Below the pieces are notes generated by a model. It searched no databases, was not told the origin of the DNA, and saw only the letters and a list, made by a program, of their open reading frames with translations. Made by a program: the position numbers and the translations under genes. This document shows positions 1-7,724 of a stretch of DNA of 32,000 bases, in pieces. Source of the DNA: Halomicrobium mukohataei DSM 12286. Its GTDB lineage: Archaea > Halobacteriota > Halobacteria > Halobacteriales > Haloarculaceae. Within the stretch, counting starts at the first letter, position 1, and each line of letters begins with the position of its first letter. The stretch covers positions 1,230,001 to 1,262,000 of the forward strand of contig NC_013202.1 in NCBI RefSeq assembly GCF_000023965.1, read 5' to 3'.

Positions 1-296
1 CGCTCGGCGTCGCGCTGTGGCTGTCGCTGTACGCGCTCGGCGAGCCGGTCGAGTTCTCCTCGGTGATGCTGGCGATTCCGGTCGCGATGGTCGCCGGTAT
101 CGCCCCGCTGCCCGGCGGTTCGGGCGCTATCGAGTCGGTGCTGGCGACGCTGCTGGTCGCGACGACCGGGGTTCCCTCTGCGGTCGCGCTGTCCGCCGCG
201 CTCCTCTACCGGGGCGCGACCTACTGGCTGCCCATCCTCGTCGGCGGCGGCGTCGCCAGTTTCCTCGGTGCCGACCGGGCCGCTGGCGACGGATAG
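1..296 (+). CDS. C-terminal fragment of an integral membrane protein of the UPF0104 / flippase-like (lysylphosphatidylglycerol-synthase TM-region) family; the 5' end lies outside the window
   Basis: Frame 3 is open from the window edge (LGVALWLSLYALGEPVEFSSVMLAIPVAMVAGIAPLPGGSGAIESVL...). It has hydrophobic helices and the P-x-PGG-x-G-x-x-E motif typical of this family. Stop TAG at 294-296. Confidence 0.6.
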   Translation, partial: LGVALWLSLYALGEPVEFSSVMLAIPVAMVAGIAPLPGGSGAIESVLATLLVATTGVPSAVALSAALLYRGATYWLPILVGGGVASFLGADRAAGDG

Positions 297-405
297 TCGA
301 CGGCCGTCTCTCCCGTGTGCCATTGCGTGTAATTTCTCGGAGAGCGTCGCCAGACGGCGTGTGGCGACATCTCGCACGGGCCGCGGTCGGTAGTAAACGA
401 TGGCC

Positions 406-411
406 TTAAAT
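406..411 (+). promoter_or_regulatory. TATA-like box (TTAAAT) for rps19e
   Basis: A/T hexamer in GC-rich context, centred about 27 nt upstream of ATG 436. This fits a leaderless transcript and supports the 436 start over the 400 start. Confidence 0.45.
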
Positions 412-435
412 GACGCCGACGGGTACCAGAGTGCA

Positions 436-897
436 ATGACGACGCTCTACGACGTGCCCGCGGACGAGCTCATCGAGGCCGCCGCGGTCGAGCTCGCCGA
501 GGAGGACGCCATCGACGCGCCCGACTGGGCCGAGTTCACCAAGACCGGTAAGGATCGCGAACTGCCGCCCGAACAGGACGACTTCTGGCAGCGCCGCGCC
601 GCAAGCGTCCTCCGGAAGGTCGCCACCGACGGCCCCGTCGGCGTCGGGACGCTCCGAACCGCCTACGGCACCTCGAAGAAGGGAACCAACCGCTATCAGG
701 TCCGTCCCCACCAGAAGGCCGACGCCTCCGGCAACATCATCCGTACGATCCTCCAGCAGCTCGAAGAGGTCGGCTACGTCGAAGCCGCCGGTGGCGAGGG
801 CCGCCGCGTCTCCGCCGACGGCCGCGCGTTCCTCGACGAACTCGCCGGTGAGGTCCTCGAAGACCTCGACCGACCGGAACTCGAACGCTACGCCTAA
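436..897 (+). CDS. rps19e: 30S ribosomal protein S19e (153 aa)
   Basis: MTTLYDVPADELIEAAAVELAEE...DWAEFTKTGKDRELPPEQDDFWQRRAASVLRKV...GTNRYQVRPHQKADASGNIIRTILQQLEEVGYV is a full-length match to my memory of the archaeal S19e family. Start chosen at the second Met because of the TATA position. Confidence 0.93.
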   Translation: MTTLYDVPADELIEAAAVELAEEDAIDAPDWAEFTKTGKDRELPPEQDDFWQRRAASVLRKVATDGPVGVGTLRTAYGTSKKGTNRYQVRPHQKADASGNIIRTILQQLEEVGYVEAAGGEGRRVSADGRAFLDELAGEVLEDLDRPELERYA

Positions 898-902
898 CGA
901 CC

Positions 903-945
903 TTTTTCCAGCGGGGGTGCGCGAAGCGCACCCCGCTTGCAAAAA
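903..945. terminator. T5 - GC hairpin - A5 module directly after rps19e; candidate bidirectional terminator
   Basis: TTTTT at 903-907, 6 nt after stop TAA 895-897. Stem AGCGGGGGTGCGC / GCGCACCCCGCT spans 910-937 with a GAA loop and one bulged G. AAAAA at 941-945 is a T5 on the minus strand. Confidence 0.5.
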
Positions 946-952
946 CGTCGAT

Positions 953-1062
953 GAAAAAGCCGGAATCGCCGTGCGATTCCAGTGAATCGCGCGAACTGCC
1001 GGGTTCTTCGAACCGCTCGTTCGCGCGAATGCTCGTAGTCAATACGCACAATCCGTGAATAG
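953..1062 (-). ncRNA. Hypothetical small non-coding RNA on the minus strand (boundaries approximate)
   Basis: Read on the minus strand: an A/T box CAGTTATTCC (plus 1084-1093), then about 105 nt containing a 10-bp stem 987-996/1019-1028 with an inner GGTTC/GAACC stem (1002-1006/1010-1014). Next comes hairpin GGAATCGC/GCGATTCC (962-980), immediately followed by T5 (958-954) and a second T5 (945-941). No minus-strand gene lies upstream that would need these terminators. Confidence 0.25.
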
Positions 1063-1331
1063 ATGATTCTGCCGATGTCTGCCGGAATAACTGTACTGTG
1101 AACGTTTCTACGACCTGTGTGTTACAGCCCGCGGAGTGTCCGATCGGTCAGCCGCCAGGATGCCGACGCTCGCGTCTCGTCGCGAGCGCACGGGGAGGAA
1201 GTGAGATTCCATAGGAATCTCAGCAAGACGAGCGGGGAACGCAGTGACCCGCGAGTCACGGGGACTGCGGTGGCGGTGCGGTCGGCGGCGCGCACTCGGG
1301 CGCGCCGCTACAGAGCGCCGACAGGCGACTC

Positions 1332-1412
1332 ATACGGTTTATTGTAGTTGCTTACCGGTGATCGTCGCCACGGAGTAGACAATCACCGGTAAATCGCTAC
1401 AATAATCCGTAT
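1332..1412. repeat. 81-nt long imperfect hairpin, copy 1 of a box-conserved palindromic element (boxes ATACGG / TTGTAG / TTACC and their complements)
   Basis: ATACGG TTTA TTGTAG TTGC TTACC [31 nt self-complementary] GGTAA ATCG CTACAA TAAT CCGTAT. Outer 16-bp stem with 1 mismatch, a 4x4 internal loop, an 11-bp perfect stem TTACCGGTGAT/ATCACCGGTAA and a 19-nt loop. The box layout is the same as at 22737-22818. Confidence 0.7.
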
Positions 1413-1609
1413 CAGAGGGTGCGCCAGCGTCGTTGGCGCTCCCGCAGCGGTCCTGGTGTCCTCGTGAGCGGCGGAGCCGCGAACGAGGGCTCGGGAGAGC
1501 TCGCTCTCCCGGTGGAATACTGAGGGCGAGGCAGTCGCGCCAGCGACCTGCCGAGGGCTTCGGTGGAAAGAAATTTTGGCGCGAAGCCAGTAGTGGTGGT
1601 AGAGACAGT

Positions 1610-1960
1610 ATGAGCGGTGAACCAGACGAGGAACGACTCAAGGAACTGCGCGAAAAGAAGATGGAGCAGCTGAAAGAACAGCAGGGCGGTGAGGGCGACG
1701 CCGAGGCTCGCGAGGAGGCCAAGCAACAGCGGGAGGCCCAGAAGAAGGCGGTCCTGCGACAGAACCTCACCGACGAGGCCCGCAAGCGGCTCAACACCCT
1801 GAAGATGTCCAAGCCACAGCGCGGCGAGCAGATCGAGCAGCAGGTCGTCTCGCTGGCCCAGAGCGGCCGGATTCAGGGCAAGATCGACGACGAGAAGATG
1901 AAGCAGTTGCTCAAAGAGCTGACCCCCGACTCGAAGAGCTTCGACATCCAGCGCAGATAG
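1610..1960 (+). CDS. PDCD5/TFAR19-like double-stranded-DNA-binding protein (116 aa)
   Basis: [22 protein letters not shown]...[58 protein letters not shown] matches the archaeal PDCD5-like family. Conserved neighbour of rps19e in archaea (from memory). An A/T box AAATTTT at 1571-1577 lies upstream. Confidence 0.9.
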   Translation: MSGEPDEERLKELREKKMEQLKEQQGGEGDAEAREEAKQQREAQKKAVLRQNLTDEARKRLNTLKMSKPQRGEQIEQQVVSLAQSGRIQGKIDDEKMKQLLKELTPDSKSFDIQRR

Positions 1961-2551
1961 ATGCGCTGTGGGGTCCTGTACAGCGGCGGGAAGGACTCGA
2001 CGCTGGCAGCACTCGTTCTGGAACCGTTTTACGAGGTCACCCTCGTCACGGCGACGTTCGGGATCGCCGACGTGGTCGCCCCCGGCCGGCGCGCAGCCGA
2101 GGCCGTCGGACTCGGTTTCGAGACGATCGATCTCGATCCGACGATCGCCGAGGCGGCTGTCGAGCGGATGGTGACCGACGGCTACCCGCGCACGGGCATC
2201 CAGCGGGTCCACGAGCACGCCGTCGAGACGATCGCCGACGCCGGTTTCCCGGCCATCGCCGACGGGACTCGACGGGACGACCGCGTGCCGACGATCGATC
2301 GGTCGGTCGCCCAGAGCGTCGAGGACCGCTTCGGCGTCGACTATCTGGCTCCCCTTTCCGGGTTCGGCCGCGATGCCATCGACGCGCTCGTCGAGCAGCA
2401 CCTCCGGGTCGAGACCGGGCCGAGCGAGGCGATTCCCAAGGCCGACTACGAGACAGAGCTGCGAGCGCTGATGCGCGAGGAACACGGCGCGGAGACCGTC
2501 GCGGACGTGTTCCCCGAGCACACGCAGTCTCGCGTCGTCGGGCGGCGATAG
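1961..2551 (+). CDS. PP-loop ATP pyrophosphatase-family protein (adenine nucleotide alpha-hydrolase superfamily; possibly MJ0570/Dph6-like)
   Basis: N-terminal SGGKDS PP-loop (MRCGVLYSGGKDSTLAAL). The start ATG directly abuts the stop of the preceding gene (TAGATG at 1958-1963), suggesting translational coupling. Confidence 0.8.
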   Translation: MRCGVLYSGGKDSTLAALVLEPFYEVTLVTATFGIADVVAPGRRAAEAVGLGFETIDLDPTIAEAAVERMVTDGYPRTGIQRVHEHAVETIADAGFPAIADGTRRDDRVPTIDRSVAQSVEDRFGVDYLAPLSGFGRDAIDALVEQHLRVETGPSEAIPKADYETELRALMREEHGAETVADVFPEHTQSRVVGRR

Positions 2552-2610
2552 GTCTCGCAGGCTAGCCGGGGAAGGACAGTTTCAAGCGGGCGCTGGCTGT
2601 AGCCGGTGAC

Positions 2611-3921
2611 ATGTACGACTCGCTGAAGGGGTTTCGAGATGTCTACCCCGCCGAGATGGCCGCTTACCGCCAGGTCATCGACGAGATCGAGACGACGGCC
2701 CGCCAGTACGGTTTCCGTGAGATCACGACGCCGGCACTGGAAGCCACGGAGATGTACGTCGACAAGAGCGGCGAGGAGATCGTCGAAGAGCTGTACCACT
2801 TCGAGGACAAGGGCGGGCGCGACGTTGCGCTGACGCCGGAGCTGACTCCCACGGTGGCCCGGATGGTCGTCGCCAAGCAACAGGAGCTCTCGAAGCCGAT
2901 CAAGTGGGTCTCCACGCGCCCGTTCTGGCGCTACGAGCAGGTCCAGCAGGGCCGATTCCGCGAGTTCCACCAGACGAACATCGACATCTTCGGGTCGAGC
3001 GAGCCGACGGCCGACGCCGAGATCCTGGCGGTCGCGACCGACATGCTGACGGGACTGGGCCTCAGCGCCGACGACTTCGACTTCCGGGTCTCACACCGTG
3101 ACATCCTCACGGGACTGCTCGAATCCTTCGAGGCCGACGTGGACACCCAGGACGCGATTCGCGTCGTCGACAAGCGGGCGAAGATCGACCGCGACGAGTA
3201 CGTCGAGGGGCTCACCGATGCGGGCCTCTCCCTCGACCAGGCCGAGCAGTTCGACGAGTGGCTCCGGGCCGGCGACGACGATCTGGACGCGCTCGCGGAG
3301 ATGAGCGGCTCCGAGCAGGTCGCAGACGCCGTCGCGAACCTCGAAGCCGTCCTCGCGGCCGCGGAGGACTTCGGCGTCCGGGAGTACTGCACGATCTCGC
3401 TGACCACCGCCCGCGGGTTCGACTACTACACCGGCGTCGTCTTCGAGTGTTTCGACTCGACCGGCGAGGTCTCCCGGGCGGTCTTCGGTGGCGGTCGGTA
3501 CGACGACCTGATCGAGGGCTTCGGCGGCGAGCCGACGCCAGCGGTGGGCTTCGCGCCGGGCGTCATGAACTCGACGCTCCCCCTCTTGCTCCAGCGAGCG
3601 GGCGTCTGGCCCGAGGAGGCGGTGTCGACGGACTACTACGTCCTGCAGGTCGGTGACACTCGCCCCGTCGCGGCCCGCATCGCGCGGGAACTCCGCGAGT
3701 CGGGCCACGTCGTCGAGGCCGACGTGTCCGACCGGAGCTTCGGGGCGCAGATGGGCTACGCGGACTCGATCAACGCCGAGACGGTCGTCATCGTCGGCGA
3801 GAACGACCTCGAAAACGACGAGGTCACGGTCAAGGACATGGCCAGCGGCGAGCAGACGACCGCGCCCGTCGACGCATTCCCCGGCGATCACGAGCGCCCG
3901 ACCTACGGCGACTTCGCGTAA
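2611..3921 (+). CDS. hisS: Histidine--tRNA ligase (436 aa)
   Basis: MYDSLKGFRDVYPAEMAAYRQVIDEIETTARQYGFREITTPALE...LTPELTPTVARMV...FRYEQVQQGRFREFHQTNIDIFG...GGGRYDDL carries class II HisRS motifs along the full length. Confidence 0.95.
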   Translation: MYDSLKGFRDVYPAEMAAYRQVIDEIETTARQYGFREITTPALEATEMYVDKSGEEIVEELYHFEDKGGRDVALTPELTPTVARMVVAKQQELSKPIKWVSTRPFWRYEQVQQGRFREFHQTNIDIFGSSEPTADAEILAVATDMLTGLGLSADDFDFRVSHRDILTGLLESFEADVDTQDAIRVVDKRAKIDRDEYVEGLTDAGLSLDQAEQFDEWLRAGDDDLDALAEMSGSEQVADAVANLEAVLAAAEDFGVREYCTISLTTARGFDYYTGVVFECFDSTGEVSRAVFGGGRYDDLIEGFGGEPTPAVGFAPGVMNSTLPLLLQRAGVWPEEAVSTDYYVLQVGDTRPVAARIARELRESGHVVEADVSDRSFGAQMGYADSINAETVVIVGENDLENDEVTVKDMASGEQTTAPVDAFPGDHERPTYGDFA

Positions 3922-3960
3922 TCGCTGCCATTTTTGTGATCGGTGGTCGTACTGCGGCGT

Positions 3961-4353
3961 ATGAGTGCCCTGTTCCCCATGGAAAAGTGGCGATTCGCCG
4001 GTGTCGTCGCCATCCTGACGTTTGGCCTGACCTCGCTGGTCGCCGTCCTCGGAGCCCCCGGATCGATGATCGCCGCGCTGTCTATTCTCGGGTTCTTCCT
4101 CCTCCTCCCGCTGATCGCTCTCCTCGGATCGGATTTCCCGCTGGTCGCCGAGTCCGACGACGAGACGGACACGGTGTCGGGACCCGCCGTCGAGGACGAT
4201 CCCGTCGAACTGCTTCGCGAGCGGTACGCTCGCGGCGAACTCTCGAAAGAGGAGTTCGAGTCGCGCCTCGATCACTTGCTGGAGACGGAATCGCTGTCGG
4301 CCGGCCAATCAGTCGACCCCGAGCGGGAACTCCTCCTCGACGAGGAGCGCTAA
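3961..4353 (+). CDS. Small membrane protein with C-terminal SHOCT domain (130 aa)
   Basis: Two predicted TM helices (FAGVVAILTFGLTSLVAVLG; IAALSILGFFLLLPLIALLG), then LLRERYARGELSKEEFESRLDHLLE (SHOCT signature). The track start at 3943 is GTG; ATG 3961 is preferred because an A/T box ATTTTT sits about 28 nt upstream. Confidence 0.7.
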   Translation: MSALFPMEKWRFAGVVAILTFGLTSLVAVLGAPGSMIAALSILGFFLLLPLIALLGSDFPLVAESDDETDTVSGPAVEDDPVELLRERYARGELSKEEFESRLDHLLETESLSAGQSVDPERELLLDEER

Positions 4354-4378
4354 CCCCTCTCGGGGCCGAGTGCATCCG

Positions 4379-4888
4379 TCACAGATCCAGTTCCATCTCG
4401 TGTTCGTTGCGCTCCCGGCGGGTCGTCTCGAATCCGACCGACCGATAGAGGTTCATCGCCACGTGGTTGTCTCGCTGGACGGAGAGCCAGACGTGGTCCA
4501 GCCCCGCGCGCTGGCCCGCGCCCAGCAGCGCCCGGATCAGGCGGGAACCGATGCCGGCGTAGTGGTAGTCCGGATGGACGAAGATCACGAGTTCGGCGGT
4601 GTCGTCGTAGGGAAAGAGCGCGGCGTGGCCGACCGCGTCCTCGCCGTGCCAGGCGACGAGGTTGATGCCGTCGTCGAGCATGGTGTCGACCCACTCCGCC
4701 ACGTCGCGTCGCTCGCGCGGTGGGATCCCCTGCGCGCGGTCGGCGTCGGTGTAGGCAGCGTACATCTCGACGACGGCCTCGCTGTCGGCGTCGTCGGCGA
4801 CGCCGATCTCGATCGCGCGGTCGCGACCGTCTGTGAACGAACGGGGCGGACGTGAGAACCGGTGGGCGGCCGTCGCCTCGTCTGTCAT
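4379..4888 (-). CDS. GNAT family N-acetyltransferase (169 aa)
   Basis: VAWHGEDAVGHAALFPYDD...VHPDYHYAGIGSRLIRALLGAGQRAGLDHVWLSVQRDNHVAMNLYRSVGFE shows the acetyl-CoA binding motif (Q/R-x-x-G-x-G/A pattern as HYAGIGS) and the GNAT fold pattern. Confidence 0.85.
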   Translation of the reverse strand: MTDEATAAHRFSRPPRSFTDGRDRAIEIGVADDADSEAVVEMYAAYTDADRAQGIPPRERRDVAEWVDTMLDDGINLVAWHGEDAVGHAALFPYDDTAELVIFVHPDYHYAGIGSRLIRALLGAGQRAGLDHVWLSVQRDNHVAMNLYRSVGFETTRRERNEHEMELDL

Positions 4889-4983
4889 TGTCCGGTATTG
4901 TGGTGCCGGCTACCTAAATCCGCGTCGGCTTGTCGGCGCGTGGGAACGGCGGTCGATAAGTGCCCAGGGCGTCCAGAGGGCGT

Positions 4984-5775
4984 ATGCGCGCCTATCGGAT
5001 CGCTTACGACGGCCAGCCGTACCACGGGTTCCAGCGCCAGCCCGACGTCGAGACGGTCGAGGGGGAGCTACTGGCCACACTGGATCGACTCGGTGTCACG
5101 GCTGGGGATGTCCCAGCGGGCTACGCCGCCGCCGGCCGAACGGACGCTGGCGTCTCGGCACTGGCCCAGACCGTCGCCTTCGAGGCCCCGGAGTGGCTCT
5201 CTCCGGCAGCGTTCAACAGCGAACTTCCGGCGTCGGTCCGCGTGTGGGCGAGCGCCGACGTGCCCGACGACTTTCACGCGACCCACGACGCCAGAGAGCG
5301 CGAGTACGTCTACTATCTGTACGCGCCCGAGCGCCACGACGACCGGGCTCGCCGGGCCGCGGACGCTCTCTCCGGCGAGCACGACTTTCACAACCTCACG
5401 CCGGACGACAGTGGCACTGTCAGAGCGCTCTCGATCGATCTCACGCGAGAGGGCGAGTTTCTCGTCTGCCGGCTCCGTGCCGGCGGTTTCTGCCGCCAAC
5501 TCGTCCGCCGGGTCGTCGGTCTCGTCGACGAGATTCGCCGCGGCGACGCTCCGCTGTCGAAGGTCGATCGCGTGCTCGGCTCGAAGCCGATCGACGGGGC
5601 GGCCGGCGTCGGTCCCGCGTCGCCGACCCCGCTGGTCCTGGTCGCTGTCGACTACGGTGTCGAGTTCTCCGTCGACGCCGACGCCCGCGAGAGCACGCGG
5701 TCGGTCTTCACCGATCGCCTCGTCGAGCGACTCGCCGGAGCCCGCGTCGTCGGTGCGATTCGGGACGGGATCTGA
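4984..5775 (+). CDS. truA: tRNA pseudouridine(38-40) synthase TruA (263 aa)
   Basis: MRAYRIAYDGQPYHGFQRQPDVETVEGELL...AAAGRTDAGVSALAQTVAFE shows the catalytic GRTDAGV motif. Start at the second Met, with an A/T box GATAAG about 25 nt upstream. Confidence 0.9.
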   Translation: MRAYRIAYDGQPYHGFQRQPDVETVEGELLATLDRLGVTAGDVPAGYAAAGRTDAGVSALAQTVAFEAPEWLSPAAFNSELPASVRVWASADVPDDFHATHDAREREYVYYLYAPERHDDRARRAADALSGEHDFHNLTPDDSGTVRALSIDLTREGEFLVCRLRAGGFCRQLVRRVVGLVDEIRRGDAPLSKVDRVLGSKPIDGAAGVGPASPTPLVLVAVDYGVEFSVDADARESTRSVFTDRLVERLAGARVVGAIRDGI

Positions 5776-5852
5776 TACTGCTGACAGTTCGCGCTCGCCA
5801 GGTGTCCCGTCGCCCGGCAAGACTTACGGCACCGAGACGCCAACGGCGTCAT

Positions 5853-7643
5853 ATGAGTTCGGTGCCCGACAGATCGGAGATCGAGACGCAGTACAAGTGG
5901 GATCTCGAATCGCTGTACGCGACCGACGACGACTGGGAAGCCGCGTACGAGCGGGCCGAGGAACTCGTCGAAGAGCTGGCGGCCTACGAGGGGCGTGCGA
6001 CCGACGACGCCGGGACGCTGCTCGCGACCCTCGAAACGTACGAGGAGCTGATGCGCACCGTCGCCAACGTCGCCTCCTACGCCCGGATGCGGAAAGACGA
6101 GGACACCACCCGGGACCAGTACCAGGCGTTGACGGCCCGTGCCCAGTCGCTGTCCTCGGAGGCCTCCAGCGCGGCGAGCTTCCTCGAACCGGCCCTCCAG
6201 GATCTGGCGTGGGACGACATCGAAGCGATGATCGACGCGGAGTCGCCCCTCGAACAGTACGAGCACTACTTCGACGACGTGCTCCGGATGAAAGACCACA
6301 CCCGCTCGCCGGAAGTCGAGAACCTGCTGGCGGAACTGAGCGAGGTCACCGGCGCGTCGGGCGAGGTGTACAACATGCTGGCAAACGCCGACATGGAGTT
6401 CCCGAGCGTCGAAGACCCGGACGGGGAACCCCAGCCGATCACGCTGAACAACTTCACGACGCTCCAGAAACGCCCGGACCGGGACTTCCGACAGCGCGTG
6501 TACGAGACCTTCTACGACGAGTGGGATGGGGTCCGCAACGCCGTCGGCGCGGCCTACAAGAACAGCGTCAAGACAGACGTGAAGATGGCCCAGGCCCGCA
6601 ACTACGACACCGCCCGCGAGGCCGCACTGGACGGCCCGAACGTCCCGGTCTCGGTCTACGACACGCTGGTCGATACGGTTCGGGACAACCTCGACGCTCT
6701 CCACCGCCACGCCGAGCTGAAGCGCGACGCGATCGGGGCCGATGAACTGGAGATGTGGGACCTCTACGTCCCGCTCGTTCAGGAGGAGTCGCCCGAGATC
6801 GAGTACGAGCAGGCCTGCGAGTACGTCGTCGACGCCGTCGCGCCGCTGGGCGACGACTACCAGTCTCGCGTCTCGGAGGGGCTGGACTCGCGGTGGGTCG
6901 ACGTCTACGAGACCGCCAACAAGCAGTCGGGCGCGTACTCCGGCGGGACCTACGACTCCCAGCCGTACATTTTGATGAACTACCAGGACGACGTGGAGTC
7001 GATGTACACGCTGGCCCACGAACTGGGCCACTCCCTCCATAGCGAGTACACCAGCGAGTCCCAACCGTACGTCTACTCGAGCTACGAGATCTTCGTCGCC
7101 GAGGTGGCCTCGACGGTCAACGAGACGCTGCTCACCCACCACCTGCTCGACGTCGTCGACGACGAGCGGCTCCGCCGGCACGTCCTCAACGAGTACCTCG
7201 AACGGTTCCGGTCGACGCTGTTCCGCCAGACGATGTTCGCGGAGTTCGAGCACCGCGCCCACGAGATGAGCGAGGCCGGCGAACCCCTGACGCCGGACCG
7301 GCTGGACGACCTCTATCACGACCTCAAGAGCGACTACTACGCGCCGGCCGCGGTCGACGACCGGATCGCCCGCGAGTGGATGCGGATTCCCCACTTCTAC
7401 CGATCGTTCTACGTCTACCAGTACGCCACCGGCATCTCCGCGGCCGTCGCGCTGGTCGACACGATCCTCGACGAAGGTGAGCCCGCAGCGGAGCGCTACG
7501 TCGACTTCCTCGGCAAGGGCTCGCGGGAGTACCCGCTGGAACTGCTCCAGGACGCAGGCGTGGACATGTCTACTTCGGGGCCCGTCGAAGCCGCGATCGA
7601 CACCTACGGCGACTACCTCGACGAGTTCGATCAGTTGACCTGA
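5853..7643 (+). CDS. pepF: Oligoendopeptidase F, M3B family (596 aa)
   Basis: MSSVPDRSEIETQYKWDLESLYATDDDWEAAYE... plus the zinc motif TLAHELGHSLH and FYVYQYATG. The 340 codons upstream in the 4833-7643 ORF are Arg-rich and overlap truA in another frame, so I treat them as artefact. Confidence 0.92.
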   Translation: MSSVPDRSEIETQYKWDLESLYATDDDWEAAYERAEELVEELAAYEGRATDDAGTLLATLETYEELMRTVANVASYARMRKDEDTTRDQYQALTARAQSLSSEASSAASFLEPALQDLAWDDIEAMIDAESPLEQYEHYFDDVLRMKDHTRSPEVENLLAELSEVTGASGEVYNMLANADMEFPSVEDPDGEPQPITLNNFTTLQKRPDRDFRQRVYETFYDEWDGVRNAVGAAYKNSVKTDVKMAQARNYDTAREAALDGPNVPVSVYDTLVDTVRDNLDALHRHAELKRDAIGADELEMWDLYVPLVQEESPEIEYEQACEYVVDAVAPLGDDYQSRVSEGLDSRWVDVYETANKQSGAYSGGTYDSQPYILMNYQDDVESMYTLAHELGHSLHSEYTSESQPYVYSSYEIFVAEVASTVNETLLTHHLLDVVDDERLRRHVLNEYLERFRSTLFRQTMFAEFEHRAHEMSEAGEPLTPDRLDDLYHDLKSDYYAPAAVDDRIAREWMRIPHFYRSFYVYQYATGISAAVALVDTILDEGEPAAERYVDFLGKGSREYPLELLQDAGVDMSTSGPVEAAIDTYGDYLDEFDQLT

Positions 7644-7724
7644 CAGCTCGTCGTCTGTCGCTTCGGCTATGCGTACCTGACCCAAAGGCCCTTAATAGTT
7701 CAGTTCCCTACGTTCGATAACCAG

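Noticed and set aside
1117-1560. RNase P RNA. The size of the unexplained structured block (about 450 nt) and local resemblances (GGGGAGGAAGUGAG...CCAUAGG; AGAGGGUGCGCCAG; ACAG...CUCAUACGG) recalled conserved RNase P regions.
   Set aside because: The universally conserved P4 sequence GAGGAAAGUCC and a complementary ACAGAA...GGCUUA 3' strand are absent on both strands. The candidate P4 strands cannot pair in the canonical register, and the motif spacing is wrong.
975-1575. Origin-recognition-box-like motifs (TTCCAGTGAAT at about 977; CGGTGGAA at 1510 and 1561, the first followed by GAGGG) suggesting a replication origin.
   Set aside because: These are only partial matches to the TCCAGTGGAAAC-type mini-ORB. 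There is no inverted ORB pair around an A/T-rich unwinding element and no orc1/cdc6 gene nearby, whereas haloarchaeal origins are adjacent to orc genes.
940-1600. SRP (7S) RNA, tRNA (including an intron-containing one), or a C/D-box sRNA (AGAUGAU...CUGU around 1060-1110).
   Set aside because: There is no CCGGAAGG(G/A)AGCA helix-8 motif and no T-arm GGTTC(G/A)AATCC or acceptor/anticodon arrangement. The box candidates deviate from RUGAUGA/CUGA and lack the C'/D' pair.
4833-5852. The 340-codon N-terminal extension of the pepF ORF (936 aa in the track), and other very long ORFs such as 5652-7685(-), 10864-12615(+), 12588-14087(-), 22989-24791(-), 24899-26770(-) and 15277-16653(+).
   Set aside because: They are extremely Arg/Pro/Ser/Gly-rich and basic, unlike the acidic haloarchaeal proteome. 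They lie antisense to or out of frame with genes that have clear family signatures. Open frames of this kind are expected from stop-codon depletion in GC-rich DNA.
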